In this document: positions 12,439 to 27,100 of the stretch, piece after piece | Position numbering within the stretch: position 1 is the first letter of the stretch | Layout: every line of letters begins with the position of its first letter | Assembly (NCBI GenBank): GCA_051294905.1 | Contig: CM119372.1 | Coordinates: 13,208,001-13,272,000 of the forward strand | Length of the DNA: 64,000 nucleotides | Reading direction: 5' to 3' | From: Botryllus schlosseri | Lineage: Eukaryota | Position numbers and translations under genes: made by a program | Notes under the pieces: model-generated | What the model was told of the DNA's origin: nothing | Seen by the model: only the letters and a program-made list of their open reading frames with translations | Database searches by the model: none

Positions 12439-13096
12439 CTTGTTGAAATCGCCACTTCACATCGAGCAGTACTATAAATAATCTGTACTTTGTAATCTAA
12501 ATCACAGTAAGCTGTCTACGACACCTACAAAGCAACCTATTCCAGATTCGTTAAATATTAATGATTTCAAAGCTTCTAACAACAGCCTAATAATATATTT
12601 GTTTACTGACTTCCGAGGGTATTTTCGGTCTATTGAGAATCCCATAGTTAAGGTTGCTGATAACTAAGCAAATATCATAAATCAACAGAGTTATCGACAG
12701 TAGAGTCTCAGCTGCGCAGCGCTTTGCATAATTACAAAGAAGATGCGTGCTCTGCTCGAATTTCACTTCTATGGGAATCCCGGAATCAAGCTTATTGAAT
12801 GACGCGTCGCAATCTCGTGGTGAACGGTTGTGACAAAAGCCCACTTCCATTCTTTCTTACCAATGTCGTTGTGGTACAGATCACAGAGAGAAGTGCTCTG
12901 TAGCCTTTTTAGGAGTGGTGGACCATTTAAAGTTGTGGCTATCGCTATACCTCGTGCACTCTTGTGAACAGGCGTGATGAGTGTAAAATTGCCACAATTA
13001 CTACTTGGTAGAGTTATGCCGACAAAAAAAACATAAGACCAAAAACCAACTGCCCGGCACTAGTAACGGCCCATTGCTTGAACCGTTGATTTAGAG

Positions 13097-13792
13097 CAGT
13101 GGTTCTCAACCATTTTGTCTTCGCGGACCCCTTTTGGACCGTCACGGACCCCAAAAGTTTTAGTTCAATTTCATCTCTATTATCGTGGAACCGTCATCTC
13201 TATTATCGTCCAAATATCAACTGTACGCTATTGATAAACAACAACAAAATGACCTTTCTTCAAAATAACATCATAGCCGACTATTTATGTAGAAATTAAG
13301 AAGGCTTTGAATATTTTTCAAAGCGAATTCTGTAGCTAAATATACTGAAATACGCGGTCGTGTCTTGAAAATCCGCGCCGTCTATTTGATATCAATCAAC
13401 GCGTGCCGAAAATATACGTCCACGTGGCGAATGGAATAATAACGCGCAGCGCTTCCAACGACATCTTTGGGTAAGATCGCATCCTGGAATAGCGGTTATG
13501 CATATCGCAGGGGAAAATGGATTTTGGCAGCAATTTTTTTCCAAAACCCCAACAAACATCTTTAAAGCAATATGTTTGTATCAATGGGCTATTCGCAATT
13601 TGATAATTAAAACGACTTTGCACAGTATAATATTTCATCTCAGATGGTCATTCTGTTTATGTAAGTTAAGAAGTATTGGCAGTTATGAAGCGAAACTGTC
13701 TCGTGATTTCTCTAATTTAAAAATATACAAATTAGGTCATCATCCGTTTTGCAAATTTAGAGACTTCGCGGACCCCCGGTTGAGAACCGCTG
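13097..13792. mobile_element. hAT/Charlie-like MITE, CAGTGGTTCTCAACC family
   Basis: TIRs as above; exact TSD ATTTAGAG (13089-13096, 13793-13800). Confidence 0.9.
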
Positions 13793-14028
13793 ATTTAGAG
13801 TGTCATTTATCATGTAGGCCTACCCCGGTGTACTCTTTCATGTTGGGGTACACCCCATGCAGATTTTCATGCACTCTGAGATGTAACGAACATGCGCAGT
13901 ATTGCGCGCCAGTTGAAGAGTACTGGTGCATATAATAATGATCGCATAAATTCATATACATACATACATATTAGCCACGCGCGGGGTTCCGCAGAGATCT
14001 GGTACTTTCGTGAATCATACGGATTATT

Positions 14029-14463
14029 TGAAGAGCTTCTTGGAGGTACAGAACTTCAATATACAATTAAATAGTATATTCATATTGAAATGAACCCGAA
14101 TATTTTCGGCTGACACTCGTCAGGGGTAATCGTCAGCAACTAGTAGAGAATTGGAAAGAACATTGTATATCAACAATCGTATCACAAAATATGACGTCAC
14201 CAGCATGAAATTTCGAATGAGAGAGCGTTCAATGTACTATTTTTAGGTGATACAACAAAAGGAGTTCGTGTATCACCTAAAAATAGTACATTGAACGCTC
14301 TCTCATTCGAAATTTCATGCTGGTGACGTCATATTTTGTGATACGATTGTTGATATACAATGTTCTTTCCAATTCTCTACTAGTTGCTGACGATAACCCC
14401 TGACGAGTGTCAGCCGAAAATATTCGGGTTCATTTCAATATGAATATACTATTTAATTGTATA
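14029..14463. mobile_element. Minimal Penelope-like insertion (second family): two inverted pLTR fragments plus an unpaired tail of about 31 nt
   Basis: Arms 14060-14254 and 14269-14463 are reverse complements (one mismatch seen) around a 14-nt spacer; flanking direct repeat ATACGGATTATT (14017-14028, 14461-14472); a hammerhead in each arm; further copy at 61842-62025. Confidence 0.85.
14386..14430 (+). ncRNA. Minimal type-I hammerhead ribozyme (mirror copy on the minus strand at about 14093-14137)
   Basis: gctgac-gat-aaccc-CTGACGA-gtgtcagcc-GAAA-atat-TC-gggtt: core, stem I aaccc/gggtt, palindromic stem III, predicted cleavage after C14425. Confidence 0.85.
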
Positions 14464-15118
14464 CGGATTATTGTGCAAAAATCTGTTTATTACTAGTGTC
14501 GAGAATATATAATAGATGAGCAAGATAGTAATCTCCATTGTCCACAAATTACTTGTAGACTTATAGTGAAGGCGGGCCTACTGAATTAATAACAGTCGTG
14601 AAGCAGTACAACCGTAGTCGGGATTGTTACATCACAATGCACTAAATCATTTTTGAATCATCGCGAAGGACTCGAGCGCAACCGGTAACGAGCAAATTAT
14701 GTTCAGACACAAATCCTACCCTTCCGTATGAAACGAATCACCATTAACGACTTCCTACAAGAATGTTATATTTGCGCACTCCGGATATGATATACACTCT
14801 CCGCCGTAAACACAAAGCAGACAAATATTGCAGTATGAAATCAAGTCAAGCTAATAAAATGGGAACACAGTCATGCCAATGTAACAGTGAAACATCGGCC
14901 TACCACGCGCAAACCAGACTCGTAAGGAGAATTCGACAGTTTTACAGTGGAGATGGATACAAAAGAGTGAAATTTACATTCAAGCACAGGAAAGTACAAA
15001 AATAAAACCACCGGCCGACTCCATTGTCGCCGTCGTTGTGTGCTAGAGCCTACAATGGTCGACGTCGATAGAATAAAACCGCAAATACATAAATATCGAT
15101 TCGTCAAGAGCTCTATTA

Positions 15119-18100
15119 TCAAGTCTTTCTCGAAGACAAATTTCTGAGAGCGTCCATGAAGACCGTTTTCGTTTGCTCCATCATTTCGTGGAACAGCGAG
15201 GCGTCTTCGGCTTTCGCTCGCAGGGTGCTTTGCAGCGATTCCTTCAAGGCCTCGTTTTCGTCGGTCTGCACAAAAGAAAGTGACGTCAAAGTTGTAAAAA
15301 ACAGACCATGTCCAACGCGAGAGTCTGCGCTATTGATACCGGACTGTTTGTGAACGTATATTAGCTTCGATTCCGTTTACGATCGGCGTGGATCAAACAG
15401 AGAAACGCCTCTGATCAATAACAGATTTGGCCTACAGAGCTTCGCAAATTACGAGAATATTTGTGCGATTCGAGGCATTTCCTACCTGGATCGAAAGGAG
15501 CGTTTCGAGCTCAGTGATCTGAGCTTGCGACGGTACTTGACTCTTTCCGGCAGAAGACAAGGCTTCGTATTGACCACCTGAAAAAAGCGCGGACTGTCAG
15601 AGTTGCTTAATGCTTATGCTGTCGAGATGTTGATCGCACTTCTTATATATATCGCACCCTCTGTAAGAGATTAATATTTCCCCGCATCCCAACACTTGCA
15701 GTAGTGACTAAAATTGAAAAGGCCATCATTGCTGGCCAAGCCTTAATCACAGCCTTGTTTGCCAGTTGGTGTTTATATATTGACGACCGAAAATTGCAGT
15801 GGCCTTTGTGGAAAGCGTGGACGAATCTGATTGGTAGCTTTCTAGGTCTTAACTGACTAAAATTAGGATACAATTACATACAAGGAAACGAGACTGCACT
15901 TCATACAAGAACAAAGCAACTGAGGAACGACACATAACGACATAAAATAGGGTTACCATACGTCCTCATTTTAGGAATTTTGGTCAAATTTAGAGCAAAA
16001 TTTGACTGAGATGCATGCGAAAGTTGACCTTTTTTTTCAGTCAACCACCCGACAATGTGAAGGAAAAAACTGTATTTTGGGCACTGAGCGAGAAAGATGA
16101 CCTTTTTTAGTCAACCGACTACGAAGTGGTAGAAATTTGAGTTTAAAATTTTTGAAAAAGTGCCCTCCTTTCCCGATTCCAAAATATGGCAACCCTACAT
16201 AAAATAATGACAATAATCAGAGACTAGACACCAAGTGTCTTGAACAATTACACACCATTTTTAGTCATCAGCTTCCTATATGCTACTCAGTATATGCCTG
16301 TGCTTAATTTTTGTTGCGTGTCAACGGCGTATGTCAATACGTCATTTTTTCACCCTGGGGTGCCGCGGAAGCCCGGTCGAGTGCCACTGATGCGAGTTCT
16401 GTTACCAGTAGCTGAGTAACAGAAATTGAAACATCACAATTGGCGTAAATCACTAAACACATCCAAATCCGAGTCTTAATAGAATGCTACTACTCAGAGG
16501 AGGTCATTAGCAAGCACAGTACTCCTACTTTTCAGGATACGCAAGTAGGTTATGCTCACTCGCAATACATACTCAAGGGGTTATGTGTTTACACTACTTC
16601 AACTTCACAATTTTAGAGGCAAAACTCTCTCTTTCCAAGTGTATGCCAATCAGTATCACAATCTGTTTACAATCTCGTAAAGCCTTGATGAATAGTACTG
16701 CGATGCCTGGCCCATGCTCTCCAGGACTTGTCCTGTTGAGCAATATGCTTGAGGGTGGTCTCAAGCACAATTTCTCGCTTACAGACAGTGTTCAAGTGTA
16801 TAGGCGACCAGTCCAAGGCGTATACATCAATTCAACTGGAATTTAACAGCACTAATTCTATGTAGACACTCTTTGAGAAGTGCACGCCGTAGCTGGGACA
16901 CTGTTCCCGGGCTGGAAAGTAAGCGGCATACCAATTGTAATAGAAAGCAAAAGGCCGGGCACCTGCTTGCTTCGATGATTCCAAAGCGCTTTCGAGCTTG
17001 GCACATTTCCGTCTCTCCTCGTTCAGGGATCTATTCAGGTCCTGCGACAAGGTGGTGGCGTGCTCGATCCTAAAACACGACTTTGACGTGAGAGGCTGTG
17101 AAAAGCTTTCCATGTGCCGTTACGTTACTACCTTTTATTCAACGCGGATTGTATTTCCTGATGCTTTTGATCTTCTATCATAGCGGCATTGTAGAGGGCC
17201 TGGTATTTTGAAACTTCGACTTTCAGCTCCTCTATTTGCTCAAGCGGCGTGTCGCTGTGCACAGTGAAATTATAACGCAAATGGAAAGGAAAAATCAAAT
17301 TCAAATTACCTGTCACCTTTCCTTTCGACGGGAGATGGCGTCGCCTTTTTCGAATGGAACGTCTGTTTCTAAAAGACAAACAATCAACGATGACGGTTGC
17401 GCTATATCGAGCAGAGGTGGTCAGCAACTTGTACTTTTTCGGGGTAAGCAAGTAGGTTTTGCCTATATGATTCTAGACTGGTCCTAATTCTACTTCTACA
17501 GTGATTCTTAACCGGGGTTCCCACAAATACCAGGGGTTCGCTGAAGGTCAAGAAGACACACACCCGACTCATACAGCATAAATCACACTGATTTGCAGTC
17601 CAATATTCATGACAATCGTTTTTGTGTGAAAATCACGTTTATTGGTTTTGTTCTCTTAACACTGTTGTAGATACTAAGTTCATTTTGCGCACCAATATTC
17701 TATAGTAATGTATTACAAATATATAATGAATATGTGATGTAGCAGATATTTCGTTTTTGACTAGAAATTAAAGGTTTACCAGGTTACTAAAGGATAAAAA
17801 TCACTGACTTGGTTCCCATTATTTAGGCAAACCAGATCTGGAACAGTGGTTCCCAACCTTTTTCGATTCATCGTCACCTTATCAAGCTCGACACAAACCC
17901 CCCTATATTTATAGATCCAAAAAAGAGGACATATAAACTGGAAATATATTCACTGGTGATTCGACTAAAAAAATGTAATTTTTCCAAGAGAGAGTGCCCA
18001 GAAGGCCGGTTTCCGCGAGTACTTTCCATTGGGTTGACCTTTTTTTAAGTCAACTTTCGCATCATATGCAGAATAAGCCGTCTTCATATGCATATTTTGG

Positions 18101-21100
18101 CCAGGTTAGTTAAATATATCTCACTGGACGTTCTAACATTTTCACCCCCTATCTCCCCTTTGGTATTTTCGGTCTAGAATGTTTACTATTGTATTTATTT
18201 GGACATCACTACTTCCGCTTGTGCTTGAATGGAAATTTACCAAGTTACTTCTACTTGACCATTTCTGTTCGATTCCATACTTCGAACTTGGCCCTCGACC
18301 AGTAGAGTGATCTCACCAGATTCTGGTTGATTTCTTCCAATTCTCTCAGTCTGGCGTCGCGTTCCGTCAATAGCTGTCGGAGCCGCGATATTTCCGCGTT
18401 TTCCTGCTGCTGTTTGCTGTAGACTTCTTTACTTAGCTACAAAAACAAGATATTTTCATCGCCGTTATTAATAGCGACGACAAATCCCATTAATCAGTCC
18501 GCAGTCACGAAAAATGGGCGTGAGTACAAAATTATTGTATATTCTGACACAGCGTATTTGGCCAATAAATACTGCCACGCAAATATCATCAAAAATAGAT
18601 CAAACCTTTCACATCTCCACGGCAGCAAAAGCTATATTGTTAACTGAAATATATTCATTCTTTACGCTGGAAATAATGAGTCAGAAGACTAAGCTAAGAT
18701 AAACAAACTTATTGCCGGCAACCCAAGCTCGACCAACCGATGTGCGATATGCTATTTATTTAAGGCAATCAAGCTATCAAAGTGATGGTGAAACTTTGAG
18801 AAACCACGCGAGACTATTTAACGAGTAAGAACAACAGTCCGAGCTTGCGTAATAATGATGATTCTTACAGAAGGTGTGGATGTCTGCTTGTGCATTGTGC
18901 AAGGTATAAGTCTCTGCAACACACCAACACAGTCACCAGTTTTGGCGATCTGCCTCCAGAGAGCATGTAAAGCAGGGGTCACCGGGTCACTAACAAGTTG
19001 CCGCGGGCTACCCATGCGGAGGATTAACGAGAATCTAGTTAATATTTCCGAGTCTCGGCGCACAGTGCGGCAAGGCAACTGAGACGCTGGTGTGGGTCCC
19101 GGTGAACTAGAGTTTTCTGTTTTTGGTAATGGGCTGAAAGCCTCCCATTGGTCGGAATGTCTAAGTCAGTGGTTCCCAACCTTTTTCGACTCATCGCCCC
19201 CATTTCAAGCTCAACGCCGATAATCGCCCCCCCAGATTTTGTGAACCGAAAAACACAATCTGTAATCATCGGCGGGTTGATTAAAAAAAAAAAAAAGTCA
19301 ATTTTACGACTCGTCGAATTTTACACTTTTGCAACTAAATTACCGTGGGTTGACTAAAAAAAAGGGAATTTCTCCAACTTGACACTCCAATATAGCCGTT
19401 TAATGCGTCATCGCCCCCTTTGTCCATTTTCACCCCCCTATATCTCCCCCTTCATCATTTTCGCCCCCCTAGGCCGCCAAATCGCCCACGTTGGGAACGT
19501 CTGGTCTAAGTGAAGAAATCCAACTGAGCACGGATGAACGGCGGGAGTGACTGGCAGCCCGTCGCATTAATCAGTACCCAAGAAGTAGCTCTTGGTTTCA
19601 TAAAGGTTGGTGACGCCTGACGTACAGCAAACACAGACTACATGATGTAGGTCGATGTTGGCCAGTGACGGGCCGGCAACAAAATACTTCCAAATTTCCG
19701 AATCACTCTAGTAGGTTTTGCTTCACTTACAAAATCGGTTGTCTTTTCCATTTCCTTTCATTTCCATTTCAGTTCGTGAAGCCAAGCACTATCATCTGGC
19801 TGTATGAATTTTGTCAAATAGAGAGTAGATTCTGGATGGATTCGCATCCATGAAATCCCCAAGACAGCCAGGCGACTTAACCCCCTCACATCATATACAA
19901 TAATTTCTACTTCAACATGAGTAGCAGCCTATTTGGGCGAACGCCAACTAAGTACACGGCAGGTGATCGGAAGCGATCACATTGCGACCAGCCTGCGGGA
20001 AAAATAAACTGCCCGTTAAACGAACCATGGCGCCACTTTGCTCCGCCTTTTCTTTCACCAGCATGTTGTGGTGAACGAGTTTCTGCAAATTTTCCTGCTG
20101 CCTCATCAGTGTCATTATAAGCTCGTTGTCGTGCGCGCCTTTGGCCGTGAGAACGGAGATCTGGAATGTTTTTTTGTTCGATTATCACTGGTCGACATCA
20201 TCTTTCTTTTCTGGCCAAAATGATCACTATTGAGTCAATTATCGTACGCTGAATACGAATATGAAGTCGCTTTTTGCCTCTCACGTCAGAATTTTTTATA
20301 ATCTGTGATTTAAAATTTTGCATTTCAGTGCTAAAAAAGCCTGTTCTGTGACGTATTCCTTGCTGTTTGGTCATAGCTATCACCACTGTGACGTCATGAG
20401 CGGTGGTCAAAGTACATACCATAGGTACTCAAGTAGAAGTAGAGGTAATGGCGTCAATTTCTACTCAAGTAGAAGTAAAAGTAACGGGGTCAATTTCTAC
20501 TCAAGTAGATGTAAATTTAAGTAACTTTTTACAGGTATGTAAAAAAGTCATTATATAGGCCTAGTTTTTGATATCACCATTAATTTAATAACATTTTCTT
20601 CCTTTCAAAACATCATAAGACTGCGATACAATGAAAAGATAGGAAGGCGTCGAAACGACTTGGAGTAGTCTTTGAAATCATACATCAGACATCTGCAATA
20701 ATACCTGGGTCTAGGCGATGTAAAGAAGAGGTATGCACAGCACAATGGTTGAAAACTAAAGTGACATTGAGGCTGTGAAGCATTTGAAAACAAAAGTATT
20801 TACCCTTTGGTGTGCCAATATGGTTTGGAGACAGCCACATGGACATGGAAAAGATTGTTACTTTTTTCTCTTGTTTTTTTTTTAAATTTAATGTCAAAAA
20901 TCAGCATAACATTCAATATCCAATTTGACTCGTGCAATACGACCGATTCCTCATGGGCCAGATGTTGCAATTGCATTGCCTTCAAAAGTTTCACCAGCAG
21001 TTGACCAAAAATTCTCTCGGTGAAGAGTATTTGTCTGAAGAATGTTCTCAGCATGAGTGTGATGGTGATCAGCAGCTATATAAAGTTGAATCAAGCTGAA

Positions 21101-24100
21101 CTGAATAACTGTGTCAAAAATTGTAATTTGCCAAATGAATCTGCTCTTATTGTAGGCTCCAGATTAAATGCCAAACATATAGCCTACTTTGCACTGATAC
21201 CACTTTTGCTTGGTATATGCATCGTGATAGTGAATACGCTCTCTTCATTGCCGGCGAACCCTATTGTGTCGATGTCTAAGGTATCATAGAGACGTTGGGA
21301 GCCGTGAATTGCGCCTCTTTATTTATGCATCAAGCCTAAAAGCTGTTTTGTCGCACAATACAAATCAATGTTCTTTTATCCCTGCAGCTGGTACAACTGG
21401 CATCAAGAGGTCTTACGAGGATATCAAATTTGGTATAAAGCATTCAAACTACTCAAACATGTAAAGTAGGGTTATGACAACAACAAAAAATTTTGCCTGT
21501 AGCAGGAATTGATGAACATTTTGGTATAAATTAATAAAATCATAATCATTTTGTTCAAATCGAAAAATGTCCCGCACAAACTAACATCAATTTTCGACAC
21601 TGGTCCAAATATGGAAAAAATTTAAAATTCAAAGATATTCTTTGCTACAAATTTCATCTCCAAATATATGTCCTTCTGCACTTATTGTAAAGTTCATTCA
21701 TCAATTTGACCTCCCTTTCTGTTATTATGTTAGTGCCAGGGACATCTACGACGGACATATCCGACTTCCAATTGGGTTTTGGGGCACTTTATCGCTGCAG
21801 GACATTCGACCGCAAGGATAGCAGCAAATGATCTTTGGTATATTCTAGAGCCCGACCGATATTGGATTTTTGGGTCGATACCGATAAAACAAATATCTCA
21901 CACCTTAGCCGATAACCCCAATACATTCAGCCGATATTCAAAAGAAGTTGGATGTATACATAAGCACATTTTCAAGTCTTCAGAGGGCATTTATTTGAAC
22001 ATCTTTACAGCCATTGTAATACTTGAACATGAAATGAACTAGAAAGGCTGCATCTGGACACCTGTAAAGTGTAAGCTATATGAAATATATCAATATTCTC
22101 AGTCTAGCGATCAAAGATTATAGTTTTCTGGCTACCTTCCGCCATGTTGTGACGCAAATTGCCGTTAATTTTTCAACTCCAATGGCCGATACCGATAATT
22201 CTTTCAAAGTGTGATATCGTCTAGATATTATCGACGAACCGATAATCCGTCGGGCTCTAGTATATTCCATCCTTAGACTTCTGGTTAGAATACCAGTCTT
22301 TCTGACACGCATTTGCGATAAATAAGCATCTCCAGAGTTATTCTCTATCTGGGGAAGTGGAAGTACGCAACGCAACCCTTGAGCACCCTCTCGCATTGCG
22401 TAGAGATGGAAGTTTATGCCATTTGATCAGTGGTAATCTATACTATTTTCTTTGAAAGAACGGCATGTTCTGCACATGCCATAGATAAACTTAAAATCAT
22501 CCCTACATCCTCGGTTTTCAAATATTTTCATCTGAAATTCGTGCTTGGCGGATTGCACCTAGTTTTCGTAGTGTTTTACCACATCATCTCCAAATTTGTA
22601 GCTGAGAGTTGGATTTCTTGAAGACGTTGGATCGAAGAACTCTAATATATGCTTTAAGAATCGATAATATGATGTTGGCAAGGGATATGAAAACCCATGC
22701 TCATCATTGCATTTCGCAGTTTCGAAACAACGCCATTCTGCCGTCCAGTATCAACAGATGCTACGGTGTCACATATGATATATGCGATATTCAAATTTTC
22801 CTGTACATCATATTCTTCTAAGCGGTTTTCTAGACCGCTGAAAATACCTAGAGTTGTTCTACTTTCGCCTTTTCGAACACCCAGTTTGATTTATGCCCGG
22901 CAAATTGAAATTATGCGATATATACAGTCTACATCTAAAATCGGAATTAATAATTATTTATTAATTATTTAATATTGACTGTAAACAAGAACACGATAGG
23001 AATAATTCAATCTGGGCAATCAAAATGTACCAAAATACTATTTTAAATATTCGCAATTGGAATTGGGTCAGTTAAATTCAAATCAGTCGATAAATAAATT
23101 ATATAGTCTGTATCTACAAAAGAAAGCCTATCCTCCATACAGTGAAAACTGGAAAATTTTTGTGCGGGAGGTTTTTGTTCAAACAGTCTTAACTTTTGTG
23201 AGTTTTGAAATCAGGACACAAAAGCTCATCATTTGTGACTACAGGACACACAAAATTTTGAAATTTTTTTTCTAGTCATAACCCTAGTGTAAAGTTTCCG
23301 TTGATTTTGTACTCATGAATGTACTGCTGGTTCAACGATCTAGAACTACAAGGTATCCTTGTTTTATGTGTGAATGGGACAGTAGAAATGATTGAATTAA
23401 ACTATAGATAACTAACATACGGATAGATACGCAACGTCCGTCGCTCAGGTCGTCAGCTATGGGATTAGCAATTATGCTGCGTTCAGATTGCTGAGCACTA
23501 ATTTTCTCCGGGCAAGAGAGTGTTACGAAGGCTGTTGCGTATCTATCCGTAGGTTAGTTATCTATAATTAAACGTAAGTGGCCAATGAGGGAGTATCTTA
23601 CACCAGGCTTTAAAATGTTTTAAAGCCTGCTCTTATCGACAGATCTAATGTTGTATCTCCACCATTATATGTTAAACTGTATCTCATGAAAAAGTTTTTA
23701 AAAGCTCTGATCAAAGAGAGTGCACGTTCTAAATACATTCACGAAACGTTTCTTCACTCGAGTGCTGTTACAATTAAAGAGGGTGCGTTTGTTGGATCTC
23801 AAATCAGAATACTCACCAAAACCCCTATTTCTTATTGGGAAGTCGGATTTGGAAAAAATACACGACTCTCCCTCATTGAACTTGCATCTAAATTTCTTGA
23901 AAAAACTAAGGATCCTTTTTATTTGGAGGGTTTAGTTTAGGATAGTAAAACCTCAATCTAATAAACTACGTTGAGAGCTTTGTAGGATGTGTTTCGCATC
24001 ATAAACGGACCTAAACGGGCAAATGCGCCCTTAATACAGACGTTTTTTAGTAAAATTTTCAATCGACTTTTTCGAAAAAGTGTGACGTGATGGGTTAATT

Positions 24101-27100
24101 GTGATGGCAAATTCAGAATAAGCATCGTCGAATTAGGTCAACACAATTAATCGTTCTAAAAAAGAAAAAAAAAGTTGAAAAATGTCGACCAGTGTTATTT
24201 ATAACCGAATTTATGCACTAGGTAACCTCTGTTCTTAATCGTTACCGGTACTATCATAACTCACCTGTAGCTACTAGTTGCTTGTTTTTGTTATTATTAT
24301 TATATTGTAGAGACAGAATATTTCATACATTTGAAATTTGATTCACCATATTACTATGATGAGCATGAGCCGAAAAAGTTTTAGTGAATGAATGAACTTA
24401 TTATTTTGCGTAATTCTGAAGGTACGCTACCATAGCCTATCCACAGCCTAACTCGGTAACCAAGTACCTTTCACAGTATGAGGTCCAGTATCATGGATTT
24501 GATTTTAATCCGCTTCTACTTGTAACGTTTTTTAAAACTGAAGCTCTGTCTTTGCTTTTCAAATAATCGCAACCACTGGGTTGGAGCAGTGGGTAGTCAG
24601 AACAAAGTACTCAAGTAGATTTTTGTAGTACCGGAAACTTGAATGCAAGTGCACATGTTTACCACAGTGTCAGATCATGATACTTGAGTCTACATATATA
24701 ATTACTTGGAAGTACAACTGTATAAGTTACAGGGTTGCAATGACTCGAGTCATGACTCGACTCGAGTCACGATTTTCTCAAAATATGGAAATGACTCGAC
24801 TCAATCTGTATATTGACTCGACTAGGACTCGAGTCATTGCACATGACTCGAACCAAGTCATATGACTCGAGACTCAGACGGCAAAGACTGACATTTCATT
24901 GTGATTTCCAAGAATAGGAAAGTAACCACCCTATTGGGACTTCGTCTATTGGTACTGGTACTTGAAAAGGCGACCAGAATCTGTTAAACGAGTGGAAAAT
25001 TAGTATATTATAAACGCGAACCATTCGATATCACCAAACAGAGTTATAAAAGTAAGTTTAACAGGACTTTAACTGTAAACTGAGCAGTCAACACTATGAC
25101 TTGGACTCGGACCAGAGTCATCATACTATGACTCGTACTCGCAGCTCTGCTCGATGACTTGGACTTGACTCGGTGGTGAATTGAAAATGACTCGACTCGA
25201 CTTGACTCGAGTCGAAGCTATAACAGTGAGATTGACTCGTGACTCGGAGCCTTGTGACTTGGTTACAACCCCGATAAGTTAACTTAATGAATAGAAAAGG
25301 GATTTCTGTCATTCGCTGGCTGTTTGCCTTGTTCTACCGATGAAGAAGGAAAGGCAGAAACGCACCTGTGATTTCAAAGATTTGTTTTCGTTAAGCAGGA
25401 CTTTATTTCTCGCTTTTGTCGCGTCCAGTTTCCGCTGCAAGTCGACGCTGTGTTCAGATGCTCTGCTGATATCGATCCGCAGTTCCTAGAAACAACTCGT
25501 CTTTAACGTCATGGACCTTTTCTCGCCAGTCACTCAGTGATTACTTCACAATCATCAGGATGGTGAGCATTGAGCAAACTCAAGTGTCACCCGTCTCAAA
25601 ATTAATCTTTGCAAGAAAGGAATTTATCTTCATATTTCCAGAATTCCATTTACGATATTTGTGGATGCTTTGTGGGTGATACATGATACATGATACACCC
25701 ATACAGGTATCAGTATCTTAAAATAGATACGATTCAAGTACCAATTTTGATACTGACAAAGTCCTGAGCTCAAAGTCAGATATGACCTAGGATCGGAAGC
25801 AAACCCAACTCTATTATGTAGGCGAGCTAAATAACGGACCAAGTGTGAATTTTGATATTTAACTGGTCTGTTTGCTGGATTATCCAAGAGTTGAAGTGCC
25901 ACCTTTTAGGAGCATCGGCATAGACAAAGACATGAGCTAGATCTGTGGTAGGAAATCCCGTGCCTCCCTTCCGCAGTATTGCAATTGCTAAAATTTTTAA
26001 ATGTCTATATGCTTGAATTACCCTGACCTGAAATTGAGACTCAATATCCATGTCACGAAACAATGGCGCAACACGAAACCCAACACTTGATACTGTTACT
26101 CAATAGGCTATCCAACCTCGATCTGTTCTTTCCTTTGCCTTTCCATGTTCTTTATCCTTTCCTGATTCTTGTCAGGTTTTGTGTAACTGGCGTGGCCGGA
26201 GGATACTTTTAATTTGTGTTCCAAGTCCCTTGGAGAAAAGAAAGAACAAATGTTTCTCGCTGGTGTCTCTTCAGCGTAATAATGACCGACTCACTTCACT
26301 TTGTCGTGCAAAGCCGTGATTTGTTGCGATCTGCCTCGGAAGCCAATTCCGCCGGAACTAAGGAGGAGTTGCATAGATGCGCCGGATTCCCCCGTTTCTT
26401 GTTGCAGCACCTAAAATGCAGACATGCAAAACATTACGGACAGGCACGTGTGATATTGAGTGGATAGTTGGAGAAATTGAGAGTTCTTAGAATCTGTCGC
26501 ACCGCAACTAGAAGTGGAAATAATGCCGAAAAATTGAATTCGGGCACACGCAGTGTCAAGGTGACTTGGATGACTGCATTCATGACTTGACCCGAGTCAG
26601 ACTCCCGACATGACTTTTGAGGACTCGACTTGGTTAATGTCCTGAAATGACTCGATACTCAAAGTCAAATTATTGAGTCAATTCTCAAGCCATTGAATAT
26701 TCTAGTTCACACAGTATTCTGAGCCTGTCAGCCGCACCGAGAAAGTGACCACGTCATCACTTCTAATCATTTTTTTCTGTACTCCATTTTCATTTACGTC
26801 TTCCATCAGCAGCGATACCACAGACAAATCAGCTACAACATGCCCGTGCATGTAACTGCCTCCAAAATGGCTTTGCCTGGCAATATAATATTACTACAAC
26901 CATGCAGAAATATATTCAATAAGTATCGCCTGTCAAAGAATTGCTGTGTATCACTCAAGTGTGAAGCCATTTTGGCCGATAAGTAATGCTGCCAATGTCA
27001 TTTACGAACATCAATAATGAGAACAACAATATAATTTGCAAGCTATGTCAACATGGAAGGTTACATAAGTATTGGAGATGGGGGTGCAGGTGTACATACA

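Larger units (their letters stand above)
20790..24194 (+). mobile_element. Degenerate CMC/Chapaev3-type DNA transposon (transposase pseudogene), split by later insertions
   Basis: Colinear relic peptides [83 protein letters not shown]; right end gtcgaccagtg. Family assignment is from memory of motifs; the left end was not located. Confidence 0.72.

Noticed and set aside
18900..19640. HDV-like ribozyme or RTE 5' UTR in a GC-richer intronic patch
   Set aside because: I could not build the nested double pseudoknot by eye; parts resemble MITE ends.
21598..21615. cactggtc as left TIR of the Chapaev3-type element
   Set aside because: It lies inside the later 21467-23286 insertion and downstream of transposase sequence starting near 20790.
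24730..25273. CRISPR-like or regulatory repeat array (GACTC units; also TACTTC units at 50930-54000)
   Set aside because: No constant repeat with unique spacers; these are subterminal repeats of TIR elements with 8-bp TSDs in a eukaryotic genome.
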